From contig CAVSDR010000005.1 in NCBI GenBank assembly GCA_963726745.1, forward strand, positions 32,001-96,000: a DNA stretch of 64,000 bases, in the 5' to 3' direction. The position numbers and the translations under genes were made by a program. The notes below the pieces were generated by a model that made no database searches, was not told the origin of the DNA, and was given only the letters and a program-made list of their open reading frames with translations. Positions 1 through 8,930 of this stretch are shown here, piece after piece. The first letter of the stretch is position 1, and the number at the start of each line of letters is the position of its first letter. The stretch is from an uncultured Verrucomicrobiae bacterium (GTDB lineage: Bacteria > Verrucomicrobiota > Verrucomicrobiia > Chthoniobacterales > UBA10450).

Positions 1-197
1 ACCACCGGGACGAACGTCATCGTGCAGGCGTCGCAGGCGCAGACGATTTTCCGCGTCGCCGTTTCCAGCAGGTGCCGGTGTTCCGGCGCGAGCTGGAGGT
101 TGCAGAGCTCGCAGAATTCCCCGGCCGTCTCCGGCGGTGCCGCGGGCGTCACCGAGCCTTCGGCAAAACGGCGCAGCGCGGCGAGCGACGACGGCAT
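1..197 (-). CDS. DUF5947-like hydrogenase-cluster accessory protein (5' part; runs off the window edge)
   Basis: Not in the ORF track. Translated by hand from the ATG at 197: MPSSLAALRRF...FCELCNLQLAPEHRHLLETATRKIVCACDACTMTF. The CxxC-HRH-CAC(xx)C pattern matches proteins found after the NifU-like gene in group 1h hydrogenase clusters. Confidence 0.65.
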   Translation of the reverse strand, partial: MPSSLAALRRFAEGSVTPAAPPETAGEFCELCNLQLAPEHRHLLETATRKIVCACDACTMTFVPV

Positions 198-291
198 GGA
201 TCGAGATTAGCCAGCCGGCTGGGAGTGAAAAGACCTTTGCGCGGGGCCCCGTCCCATCCCGCGGCTGGCTCCCGTGCGATTCCTTTGCGGG

Positions 292-1362
292 ATGATCTTC
301 GCCTGGCTCCTCCTCCTGGTTCCGCTCTCGTTAGGCCTGCATTATTTCGCGCACCCCGGGCCGGTCTGGATCTTCGCCTGCGCCGTGCTCGCGATCGTGC
401 CGCTGGCGGAATGGATTCGCCGCGCCACGGAAAATCTCGCGTCGCGCGTCGGCCCGGCGATCGGCGGATTGCTCAACGTTACCTTCGGCAACACGGCCGA
501 GTTCATCCTCGCCCTTTTCGTTCTCGCCGCCGGCGAACAAGGCGTCGTCAAAGGCCAGATCACCGGTTCGATCATCGGCAACAGCCTCCTCGGCCTGGGC
601 CTCGCGGTCCTCATCGGCAGCTACGGCCGCGAGCGGCAGACCTTTAAGCGCGAACGCGCCGGCCTGCTTTCCAGCCTGCTTATTCTGGCCACGCTCGCGC
701 TGCTTTTGCCGGCCCTCTTTGATTACACCGAGCGCGGCCTCAATTCCCCCGACACCAGCCGCCTCGACGAGCAGCTTAGCCTCGGCGTCGCCGGCGTGCT
801 CATCTTTGTTTACGTCGCGAATCTCATCTACACGCTCGTAACTCATCGCGACGTTTTCGAGTTCCAGCGGAGCGACGAGGAACAACACCGCACGCCCTGG
901 CCGGTCTGGCAGTCGCTCGCGATTCTCGTGGTCGGCACCGCCTTCACCGCTTGGGAAGCGGAGCTCGTTTCCGGTGCGCTTGGTAAAACCGCCACGCAGC
1001 TCGGCATCTCGCAGTTTTTCCTCGGCGTCGTCGTCCTCGCGATCATCGGGAACGCGGCCGAGTATGTGGCCGCGATCTACTTCGCGCGGAAGGATCAGAT
1101 GGGCCTGGTCATGAGCATCACCGTCGGCTCGAGCATTCAGGTCGCCCTCCTGGTCGCGCCGCTGCTCGTCATCGTCTCCCATTTTATCGGCCAGCCGATG
1201 AACCTGGTTTTCGAGAATCCACTCGAGCTCATCGCCATCGCGGGCGTGAGCTTCACAGTCAACGCCATTGCCGCGGATGGCGAGACGACCTGGTTTGAGG
1301 GCGTGCTCCTGGTGGCGGCTTACGTGGTCCTCGCAATGGCCTTCTTCCTGGTGCAGCGCTAA
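292..1362 (+). CDS. cax: Calcium/proton antiporter (CaCA family)
   Basis: About 11 TM helices; alpha-repeat motifs GGLLNVTFGNTAE and IIGNAAE; GSSIQVAL. Confidence 0.93.
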   Translation: MIFAWLLLLVPLSLGLHYFAHPGPVWIFACAVLAIVPLAEWIRRATENLASRVGPAIGGLLNVTFGNTAEFILALFVLAAGEQGVVKGQITGSIIGNSLLGLGLAVLIGSYGRERQTFKRERAGLLSSLLILATLALLLPALFDYTERGLNSPDTSRLDEQLSLGVAGVLIFVYVANLIYTLVTHRDVFEFQRSDEEQHRTPWPVWQSLAILVVGTAFTAWEAELVSGALGKTATQLGISQFFLGVVVLAIIGNAAEYVAAIYFARKDQMGLVMSITVGSSIQVALLVAPLLVIVSHFIGQPMNLVFENPLELIAIAGVSFTVNAIAADGETTWFEGVLLVAAYVVLAMAFFLVQR

Positions 1363-1400
1363 GCCGGCGCGCTCGCGTTTTTAGCCGACCCTTTGACGCG

Positions 1401-1589
1401 TTAGGCCGGCGGAATGTTGCACATTCCGGGCGCGATCGGCTGCCGCGCCTCGGCGTTGATCCCGGTGGAATCGCGCGCGTCGCGGTAGTATTTGCGCTCG
1501 GGATCGCGCCCCGGCTCGCGCCCCTTAAGCGCTTGTTCTTCGCCTTTCGGCGTCCCGGCGACGTGGTCTGGCACTGGTTGACTGCTCAT
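1401..1589 (-). CDS. Small (62 aa) conserved hypothetical protein of hydrogenase accessory clusters
   Basis: ATG at 1589 overlaps the stop of the NifU-like gene (ATGA). The C-terminus RDSTGINAEARQPIAPGMCNIPPA resembles small proteins next to NifU-like genes in group 1h clusters. Confidence 0.6.
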   Translation of the reverse strand: MSSQPVPDHVAGTPKGEEQALKGREPGRDPERKYYRDARDSTGINAEARQPIAPGMCNIPPA

Positions 1590-2209
1590 GGTTTTGCTCC
1601 TGTGGCTGCGTTCGGCCCGGCGCCGTTCGGCGGTGTCGGGCACTCGGTAAATTTCGGATTGGGCGGCGGCGGCGCATGCTCCTCGACCAGGCCGTGGACC
1701 TCGAGCGCGGTGATGTCGGGCGCGGCGCTGTAGAGCGCTTCCTCGATGGAGTACTTCAAGGTCATGCGCGAAGACGGGCAGCCCTCGCAATTCCCTTCCA
1801 GCTGCAGGCGCACCGCGCCCTCCGGCGTCACGCCGAGAAGCTGCACGCTCCCGCCATGCTGCCCGAGCCGCGGCTTCACCTCCTCGAGCGCGCGCCGCAC
1901 CCGCGTCTCGAGATCGAGCGGATGGAGCTGGTGCAGCAGAAGCAGATTCGAAACGAGCGGATCGTCGCCTAATTGATCGATCACCGCCTGTCCCTCCGGC
2001 CCACTCTCGAAGACCACCTCGAGCACGCGATGGAGTCCTTCGCCGTGCAATTCCAGCAGCGCCTGGACCAGTTGCCGCGTTTGCTCGCGCGCCTTTTCAT
2101 CGCGCATTTGCTCGATCGCCCCGATGAGCTTTTCGATCGCGGCAATGCGCTCGTTAAACTCGCGCGAAACGCGCTGGGCGGGGACGTGCGGCTGGTTCAA
2201 TTGCACCAT
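1586..2209 (-). CDS. NifU-C domain Fe-S protein (HhyE-like hydrogenase accessory protein)
   Basis: LLLLHQLHP..LETRVRRALEEVKPRLGQHGGSV, GNCEGCPSS (NifU CxxC), IEEALYSAAPD. Confidence 0.85.
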   Translation of the reverse strand: MVQLNQPHVPAQRVSREFNERIAAIEKLIGAIEQMRDEKAREQTRQLVQALLELHGEGLHRVLEVVFESGPEGQAVIDQLGDDPLVSNLLLLHQLHPLDLETRVRRALEEVKPRLGQHGGSVQLLGVTPEGAVRLQLEGNCEGCPSSRMTLKYSIEEALYSAAPDITALEVHGLVEEHAPPPPNPKFTECPTPPNGAGPNAATGAKP

Positions 2210-2321
2210 AAGCTGGAAAAATCCTGCCCGGCCCGCTGGCCGGATGCCTGCCTGCCTGCAGTCTTACGGGAAAGCGGCCGGCGGCACAAGGTCAACCGCA
2301 CTCGTTAGACTGGGCGCCGGC

Positions 2322-2349
2322 TTGACCCACCTGCACCGGTCGATAGGCT
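2322..2349 (+). promoter_or_regulatory. Candidate sigma70 promoter for the sel operon
   Basis: TTGACC-16 nt-TAGGCT, 21 nt upstream of the selW-like GTG start. Confidence 0.35.
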
Positions 2350-2370
2350 GCACGCGGAAAGGAGCACCGA

Positions 2371-2616
2371 GTGAAACCCGACGTCACGATCGAATACTGC
2401 ACGGCTTGAAACTACCAGCCGCGCGCCGCCAGTTTGGCGGCCAGGATTCGCGAAACCGCCGGGATCGAGCAAATCGAGCTCATTCCCTCGAGCGGTGGTG
2501 CCTTCGAAATTCGCCATCACGGTGAACTCCTCCACTCCAAGCTCCAATCGGGCGACTGGCCCGATTTCGACGCGCTCGCGGAGCAGATCCGACAGCGCCA
2601 GCAGGAAAAAATTTAG
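2371..2616 (+). CDS. SelW/SelT/SelH (Rdx) family selenoprotein, CxxU motif, 81 aa
   Basis: SD GAAAGGAG, then GTG. Reads MKPDVTIEYCTA-U(TGA 2407-2409)-NYQPRAASLA...SSGGAFEI...SK...WPD. A SECIS hairpin follows. Confidence 0.9.
2425..2441 (+). promoter_or_regulatory. SECIS element of the selW-like gene
   Basis: GCCGCC-AGTTT-GGCGGC hairpin starting 15 nt after the UGA. Confidence 0.7.
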
Positions 2617-2620
2617 CAGT

Positions 2621-2707
2621 CAGGAAACCAGAATCGGGAAGGGTCCATCTCCTTCTCCTTTCTGGTTTCCTGGCTTCCAAATTCCCTCCCTTCCTGCTTC
2701 CCAATTC
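2621..2707. repeat. Intergenic inverted repeat plus pyrimidine-rich direct repeats
   Basis: CAGGAAACCAGAA (2621-2633) and TTCTGGTTTCCTG (2660-2672) form a perfect 13-bp inverted repeat. TTCCTGGCTTCCAAATTC and TTCCTGCTTCCCAATTC are imperfect direct repeats. Confidence 0.6.
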
Positions 2708-2715
2708 TTTGTCCC

Positions 2716-2809
2716 GGAGAGTGAAGGGTGCCTGGTGGCCCTCGCGGTCTTCAAAACCGTTGTCGGTCCGTTCTGCGGGCCGGGGTAGGTTCGATTCCTA
2801 TCCTCTCCG
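2716..2809 (+). tRNA. selC: tRNA-Sec (anticodon UCA)
   Basis: Anticodon arm GCGGT-CTTCAAA-ACCGT; long variable arm; T-arm GTAGG-TTCGATT-CCTAT; acceptor GGAGAG/CTCTCC; G discriminator; located directly before selDAB. Confidence 0.95.
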
Positions 2810-2829
2810 CCGCTTTCGCCTAACGAACG

Positions 2830-2844
2830 GAAAGGAGGTGATCC
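2830..2844 (+). promoter_or_regulatory. Extended Shine-Dalgarno sequence of selD
   Basis: GAAAGGAGGTGATCC is the exact complement of the canonical 16S 3' tail GGAUCACCUCCUUUC; ATG at 2848. Confidence 0.8.
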
Positions 2845-2847
2845 CGC

Positions 2848-3885
2848 ATGTCCCGTGAGCAAATTCGCACCCTGACCTCGCTCTCCACCTGTGCCGGGTG
2901 AGCTTCCAAGTTGAGCCAGCAGGCCCTGTCGCAAGTTTTGCGGCAGCTACCGAAAACCAGCGACCCGAACGTCCTCGTCGGCTCCGCCAGCGCGGACGAT
3001 GCCGGGGTTTATCGCCTCAGCCGCGACCGCGCCCTTGTGCAGACGGTGGACTTCTTCACGCCCATCGTGGACGACCCGTTTGCCTACGGCCAGATCGCGG
3101 CCGCGAATGCGCTTAGCGACGTCTACGCGATGGGCGGACGGCCAATCACCGCGCTTAATATCATGGCTCTCCCGGAGGAACTCGTCGGCCCGGAGACGAT
3201 CGCGCAAATCCTCCGCGGCGGCGCGGCCAAGGCAAAGGAAGCCGGCTGCGCCGTTCTCGGCGGCCACACCATTCGCAATCCCGAACCGGTCTACGGGATG
3301 GCGGTCACCGGACTCGTCCATCCACGGCGGATGCTGACCAACGCCCAGGCGCGTCCCGGCGATCTCCTCCTGCTGACGAAACCGCTCGGCACCGGCATTG
3401 CCACCACCGGGATCAAGCGCGGCCTCACCAGTCCCGCGCTTGCGAAAAAAGCCATCGCGCTCATGAGCCGGCTGAATGTCGTCGGCGCAGAGCTGGCTGA
3501 GCGCCGGCTCGTTCGGGCAGCGGTCGACGTCACCGGCTTCGGCCTCCTCGGGCACCTCGCCTCCATGTGCCGCGCGAGCGGCGCGGGCGCGGAAATCGAG
3601 GCCGCCAAAGTGCCGGCTATTTCTCCGGAAATTCTCGCGCTGATCGCGCAAGGCTGCGTCCCCGGCGGCAGCCGGGAGAACCTCGAAACAGCCGACGCTC
3701 TCACCGATTGGGGCGCGACGCCGAATGACCTTCGCCTCCTCCTTACCGACGCCCAAACCAGCGGCGGCCTCCTCCTTTGCGTCCCGCCAAAAAACCTCGC
3801 CGCGGTGAAAGCGCTGGCAAAAACCGGTCGCGTCATTGGCCGGATCACCCGCGCGCAAGAGCCGCTGCTCCGCGTCCGCCCATGA
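2848..3885 (+). CDS. selD: Selenide, water dikinase (selenophosphate synthetase), Sec-containing
   Basis: MSREQIRTLTSLSTCAG-U(TGA 2899-2901)-ASKLS, in frame with ORF 2911-3885. Motifs DDAGVY, TVDFFTP, ANALSDVYAMGG, GGHT, DVTGFGLLGH, DAQTSGGLL. Confidence 0.95.
2926..2946 (+). promoter_or_regulatory. SECIS element of selD
   Basis: CTGTCGCA-AGTTT-TGCGGCAG hairpin; same AGUUU loop as the selW-like SECIS. Confidence 0.6.
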
Positions 3886-5213
3886 GCCGCGCCATCCCTG
3901 CCGTGGGCAAATTGCTCGAGGCGCTCCAGGTCGCCGACCTCCCGCGTCCCGTAGTCACGCAACTCGTTAGGCAACATCTTGCGGAATTGCGCCGCGACGG
4001 CCGCGAGATCCCGCCCTTCGAAGAAATCCAGCACGACCTCGAGACTGCGCTGGCCGACCTCCGCCTCGCCCGCCTTCAGCCGGTGATCAATGGCACCGGC
4101 ATTGTCATCCACACGAATCTCGGCCGCGCGCCGCTCCACCCGGACGCGCTCGCCGCGGTGCAGGCCGCCGGCGCTTACCCGAGCAATCTCGAGTTCGATC
4201 TCGTGCGCGGCGAGCGCGGCCGGCGGGGCGAACGGCTCGAGCAAAATCTTGCGCTCCTTTGCCGCGCCGAGGCCGCCACGGTAACGAACAATTGCGCCGC
4301 GGCGCTCATCCTCATCCTGCGCCACTTGACCGCGAAAAAACGCGAAGTCGTCATCTCGCGCGGCGAGTTGGTTCAGATCGGCGGCGGTTTTCGCATTCCG
4401 GAAATCCTCGAGGTCAGCGGCGCGAGGTTGCGCGAAGTCGGCACGACCAACCGGACCACGCTGGCGGATTACGCTGCCGCGCTCGGGCCGGAGACGGGGC
4501 TGATCCTGCGCGTGCACCGGAGCAATTTTTTCATGGGCGGTTTCGTGGAAGCGCCGACGCTCGAGGAGCTGGCGCAGCTCGCGCGGCGGAAACGCCTCCC
4601 GCTGGTCGAGGATCTCGGCAGCGGCGCGGTCTTCGCCACGGAGAAGCTGGCCGCGATCGAGCACGAGCCCACGCCCGCGGAGAGCCTGCGCCGCGGCGTC
4701 GACCTGGTCTGCTTCAGCGGCGACAAGCTTTTCGGCGGGCCGCAGGCCGGAATGATTGCCGGGAAAATGCGCCACGTCGCGGCCTTGAAACGAAACCCGT
4801 TCTTCCGCGCGCTCCGCTGCGACAAGCTCATCCTCGCGGCGCTCGGCGCGACGATTGAACTCCATCTCGAAGAGCGAAGCGCGGAGCTGCCGGCCCTGGC
4901 GATGATGCAGCTCTCGTTAGGCGAACTCCGGGCGCGCGCGGAGAAATTAGCCGGCAACCTCACGGGCCTGCGCGCGCGCGTCGGGACCGGCGATGCGCAG
5001 GTCGGCGGCGGGACCTTGCCACAGGCGCGCATCCCTTCGGTCACGCTCGAATTGGCGCCGGAAAACGTCGTCGAATTTGCCGCCCGGCTCCGGCGCGGCG
5101 CGCCCCCCGTGATCGGCTACGTCTCCGGCGGAAAGTGGAAACTCGACCTGCGCACGGTCTTCCCCGCGCAGGATGCGGCCCTCCTGGCCACGCTTCAGCA
5201 GGCCGCGCGATGA
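3882..5213 (+). CDS. selA: L-seryl-tRNA(Sec) selenium transferase
   Basis: VINGTGIVIHTNLGRAP, SRGELVQIGGGFRIP, EVGTTNRT, FSGDKLFGGPQAG (PLP lysine); ATG overlaps the selD stop. Confidence 0.96.
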   Translation: MSRAIPAVGKLLEALQVADLPRPVVTQLVRQHLAELRRDGREIPPFEEIQHDLETALADLRLARLQPVINGTGIVIHTNLGRAPLHPDALAAVQAAGAYPSNLEFDLVRGERGRRGERLEQNLALLCRAEAATVTNNCAAALILILRHLTAKKREVVISRGELVQIGGGFRIPEILEVSGARLREVGTTNRTTLADYAAALGPETGLILRVHRSNFFMGGFVEAPTLEELAQLARRKRLPLVEDLGSGAVFATEKLAAIEHEPTPAESLRRGVDLVCFSGDKLFGGPQAGMIAGKMRHVAALKRNPFFRALRCDKLILAALGATIELHLEERSAELPALAMMQLSLGELRARAEKLAGNLTGLRARVGTGDAQVGGGTLPQARIPSVTLELAPENVVEFAARLRRGAPPVIGYVSGGKWKLDLRTVFPAQDAALLATLQQAAR

Positions 5214-7051
5214 GCGCTTACATCCTCGCAACTGCCGGCCATGTGGACCATGGAAAGACTGCGCTGGTGAAGGCGCTCACCGGCACGGAGACCGACCGGC
5301 TACCTGAGGAGAAAGCGCGCGGGATCACGATCGAGCTCGGGTTTGCCCGGCTCGAGCTGGGCGAGCACTCGTTAGGCATCGTCGACGTCCCGGGGCACGA
5401 AGATTTTGTGAAGAACATGGTCGCGGGCGTGGGCTCGATCGACCTCGCGCTCCTGGTGGTCGCGGCGGACGACGGCTGGATGCCGCAAACCGAGGAGCAC
5501 CTGCAAATCCTCGAGTATCTCGGAGTGCGGCGACTGGTCGTGGCGCTGACGAAGAGCGATCTCGCCGCTTCGCCCGGCGAGGCGATCGGCAAGGTGCGCG
5601 CGCAACTCGCCGGGACGGAATTTGCCAGCGCGCCGATTGTCCCGACTTCGATCGTGGAGAACCGCGGGCTCGAGGAGTTGCGGGAAATTTTAGCCGGCGA
5701 ATTGATCACGCTGCCGCCTTCGGCCGACGTGGGGAAGCCGCGCCTCGCGGTCGATCGCGCGTTCACTTTGCGCGGGCTCGGCACGGTCGTTACCGGCACG
5801 CTCACCGGCGGTTCGCTCACGCGCGGACAGGGCGTCGTGGTCCAGCCGGCTGGCTCAGCCGCGCGCATTCGCGCCATCCAGACGCATAACCGCGAAGTGG
5901 AAACGATCGGCCCGGGCACGCGCACCGCACTTAGTTTGCCGGAGCTTTCGGTGAACCGGGAACGCGGCGGCGTCTGGCGCGGCGATGTGATCGCGCTGCC
6001 TGATTCTGGTGCAGCGAGCCAGGCGATCGATCTGCTGGTGATGCGCTCCGCGCGCCTGCCGACGAAGACGCGCGCGCTCGCGCATGGCGCGACCGTGCGG
6101 GTGCATCACGGCAGCGGAAACGCCGAGGCTCGGCTCTTCTTTCTCGATGCGGCCGAGCTCATGCCTGGAGAGCGCGCGCTCGCGGAGCTGCGTTTCGCCG
6201 CGCCGATCTTTCTGCTCGCGGGCGACCGCCTGGTCCTGCGCGATGCCTCGGAGCGGAGCACACTCGCCGGCGGTCTCGTGCTGGAGGCGGACGCGCGCGC
6301 GCATCGGTTCCGCACGCCGGAGCAGCGGCGGTTTCTTGAGGCCCGCGCGGCGGCGCCAAGGGACGCCGGCGTTTTCGCGCGAACGCTTTTGCAGCGCGAT
6401 CATTTTGTCCGGCGCGGCGAACTCCTGCGGCAGACGCGGTTCGTCGAAACGCCGATTGCCGAGGCGGTGGAGCGCGGCGGATGGCTGCTCGAGCCGACGT
6501 GGTGGCGGGAGAATTGCGCGCGCGCCGCGGCCGCGATCGATGCCTTCCATCGCGCGCAACCGGAGCGGAGCGGCTGGCCGCTGGCGCAACTGCGCGAGGG
6601 AATCGCGCTGCCAGACCTGGTGATCGCGGAACTCTGCGCGCACGGTTTTGTCGCCAAAGGCGAAACGATCGCACGCACGACGCATCGGCCGAGTTTGCCG
6701 CCGGCTTTGCAGGCGGCCGGCGCGCGCATCCGGGCGGCGCTGGCGGCGAAGCCATTCGATCCGCCCTCGGTCAAGGAACTGGCGCCGGACGCGGTCGCGC
6801 AGCAGGCGTTGCGCTTCCTGCGCGAAAGCGGCGAGGTCGTGGAGCTGAGCGCGGAGGTGGTGGTACGCGCCGAGGCGCTGGCGGAGGCGCGGAAATTAGT
6901 CAGCAACTTCATCCGCACGCGCGGGCCGGCGACCTTGAGTGAATTGCGCCAGGCGCTCGGGAGTTCGCGCCGGGTGATGGTGCCGCTGATGGAGCGGCTC
7001 GATCGCGAGAAGTTCACCAAACGTGTCGGCGACCAGCGGACGCTGGCCTAA
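5210..7051 (+). CDS. selB: Selenocysteine-specific elongation factor
   Basis: TAGHVDHGKT, EEKARGITIELGF, DVPGHE, TKSD; C-terminal winged helix LGSSRRVMVPLMERLD...RVGDQR. Confidence 0.96.
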   Translation: MSAYILATAGHVDHGKTALVKALTGTETDRLPEEKARGITIELGFARLELGEHSLGIVDVPGHEDFVKNMVAGVGSIDLALLVVAADDGWMPQTEEHLQILEYLGVRRLVVALTKSDLAASPGEAIGKVRAQLAGTEFASAPIVPTSIVENRGLEELREILAGELITLPPSADVGKPRLAVDRAFTLRGLGTVVTGTLTGGSLTRGQGVVVQPAGSAARIRAIQTHNREVETIGPGTRTALSLPELSVNRERGGVWRGDVIALPDSGAASQAIDLLVMRSARLPTKTRALAHGATVRVHHGSGNAEARLFFLDAAELMPGERALAELRFAAPIFLLAGDRLVLRDASERSTLAGGLVLEADARAHRFRTPEQRRFLEARAAAPRDAGVFARTLLQRDHFVRRGELLRQTRFVETPIAEAVERGGWLLEPTWWRENCARAAAAIDAFHRAQPERSGWPLAQLREGIALPDLVIAELCAHGFVAKGETIARTTHRPSLPPALQAAGARIRAALAAKPFDPPSVKELAPDAVAQQALRFLRESGEVVELSAEVVVRAEALAEARKLVSNFIRTRGPATLSELRQALGSSRRVMVPLMERLDREKFTKRVGDQRTLA

Positions 7052-8034
7052 CGACGCTCCGCGGCGAAAACGGATTCGGGATCGCGACCGGAAGCGCGGC
7101 CGGCTTCAATCCAGCCGAAGCGACTGAGGCAGGCGCCGCAGAGAAAAGAGATGCCGGCCAGCGGCGCCAGCCCGATGAGCCGCAGGACGAGGGAAAGTGG
7201 CCCGGTGAGCAGCTCGCTCCCGCGCAACATCCAGCCGGATTTGCCCTCATGCAGCGCGCGATCGGCTTTGCCGTGCCGGTCCACTTCCAGCCAAATCCAG
7301 AGCGCGGTCTCGATCGCCGCGACCGCCAGGCCGATGGCGTGAAGCGCCGGGATGCGATAGCCGACCAGTTCGATCACGGCGGCGGCGGAGCCAAGGCCGG
7401 CGATGCCGAAGTGAATCGGCAGGAGGACGCGATGAAGATACCACGCGGGAATCGCGGTCGCGCCGATGAGCACCCCGGTATAGGTCGCGAGCCCAAGACC
7501 GTAGAAAGCCGCGCCCGCGATCATCAGGATGGTGAAGATGCGAATGAGCGACCCGAGCCCGCCGCCGAAAACATGATGCAAGTGCAGCTCGAGCGCGATC
7601 AAACCCAGGACCGCGTGCGGGCTGAAGAAGGTCAGGATCCACGCGCCGACGGACATGGGCGAGCGCCACTTAAAGACGCGGAGCATGTTCAAAAACATGA
7701 GCGGCCGGCCGAGGTCGAGCACGAGGAGGACAGGCGAAACCATGGCCCCGACCAAGGCGATCCACATCGCGGCCACGGCCACACCAGATTGCTGCCTAAC
7801 GAGAGCAAAGGCGGCGATCGTAGGCGCCATCCCGGCAGCGCCGCCGATGAAAAAGTAGAGCGGAATCTCCCAGGTCCAGACCGGCGGGCGGACGACGGCT
7901 TCGCCGTAGTAGCCGGCCTTCGGCGGGATCGGTCCGCCGGCCACGTCGACGCCGCGGCCGGTGATTTCGCCGCGCTCGACCGCGGTCTCGCGGAGCTGCT
8001 CGAGGCGTTGCTCGAAATCGTCTTCGCGGCTCAT
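7048..8034 (-). CDS. NrfD/PsrC-family membrane anchor subunit of formate dehydrogenase
   Basis: YYGEAVVRPPVWTWEIPLYFFIGG, LVLDLGRP, SPMSVGAW, YTGVLIGATAIPAW; last gene of the fdh operon. Confidence 0.88.
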   Translation of the reverse strand: MSREDDFEQRLEQLRETAVERGEITGRGVDVAGGPIPPKAGYYGEAVVRPPVWTWEIPLYFFIGGAAGMAPTIAAFALVRQQSGVAVAAMWIALVGAMVSPVLLVLDLGRPLMFLNMLRVFKWRSPMSVGAWILTFFSPHAVLGLIALELHLHHVFGGGLGSLIRIFTILMIAGAAFYGLGLATYTGVLIGATAIPAWYLHRVLLPIHFGIAGLGSAAAVIELVGYRIPALHAIGLAVAAIETALWIWLEVDRHGKADRALHEGKSGWMLRGSELLTGPLSLVLRLIGLAPLAGISFLCGACLSRFGWIEAGRASGRDPESVFAAERR

Positions 8035-8930
8035 GGAAAGAATGCGAAGGCCGCGCCGACAAGGCCGATGACTGCGGCCGCGGTGGCGAACGCGGCGGTC
8101 CAGGAAGAACGCAGGTAGATCGTTGGCACCTCGGGCTTCGGCGGCAGCCCGTAGGTTTCCGGCCCGCCAAGAATGAGGAAAAACGCGTGGAGGCCGCGCA
8201 CGGAAGTTTCGCGCGGATCGTAGAGCTGCGCGTCGGCGTAGCCTTGCGTCTGCAATTGCTCGACGCGTTTCGCGCCGCGCGCGCGCAGGTCATCGAGCCG
8301 GCCGAAGACGATCGACTCCGTCGGGCAAACCTTCGCGCAAGCCGGGGTGAGGCCGCTCTTCTGCCGGTCGTAACAGAAGGTGCACTTGAAGGCGCCGCCG
8401 GCTTTCGGGAGCGGCTCGGGCCGCTTGTCGATCACGCCGAACGGGCAATTGACCACGCAATAGCCGCAGCCGTTGCAGACGTCGTCCTGCACCAGGACGG
8501 AGCCGACTTCAGTGCGCACGATCGAGCCGGTCGGGCAGGATTCGAGGCAGCCGGCTTCCTCGCAATGCTTGCAAACATCGGACAAAAAGAGCCAGCGAAA
8601 CGGGTCGTCCTCGGCCGGTTGATGAACCAGGCCGGCGACGGGATCAGGCGCGAGTCCCATCGAGCCGGTAACCTGGTTTCCTTTCCGAAGATCCTGCTCG
8701 ACGAAGAGCACATGCCGCCAGGTGGAAGCGCCGAGGTGCCCGGTGTTATCGTAGGAGTTGCCGGTCCAGTTGTAGCCGTCGTCCGGGACTTCGTTCCACT
8801 CTTTGCAGGCGACCTCGCAGGCTTTGCAACCGATGCAGACGCTCGGGTCGGTGAAAAAGCCGACCTCGACATGGTCCTGCACATAACTGTGCCGGCGCTG
8901 GTTAGTGCTGAGGATGCCTTCGCCAATCAT
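8031..8930 (-). CDS. fdnH: Formate dehydrogenase beta (4Fe-4S) subunit with C-terminal TM anchor
   Basis: CIGCKACEVAC, CKHCEEAGCLESCP, CNGCGYCVVNCP, KCTFCYDR...CAKVCP; ATG overlaps the alpha-subunit stop. Confidence 0.88.
   Translation of the reverse strand: MIGEGILSTNQRRHSYVQDHVEVGFFTDPSVCIGCKACEVACKEWNEVPDDGYNWTGNSYDNTGHLGASTWRHVLFVEQDLRKGNQVTGSMGLAPDPVAGLVHQPAEDDPFRWLFLSDVCKHCEEAGCLESCPTGSIVRTEVGSVLVQDDVCNGCGYCVVNCPFGVIDKRPEPLPKAGGAFKCTFCYDRQKSGLTPACAKVCPTESIVFGRLDDLRARGAKRVEQLQTQGYADAQLYDPRETSVRGLHAFFLILGGPETYGLPPKPEVPTIYLRSSWTAAFATAAAVIGLVGAAFAFFP

Noticed and set aside
2830..2844. 16S rRNA gene fragment on the minus strand
   Set aside because: The match is only the 15-nt tail, the flanks are not rRNA-like, and its position fits a ribosome-binding site.
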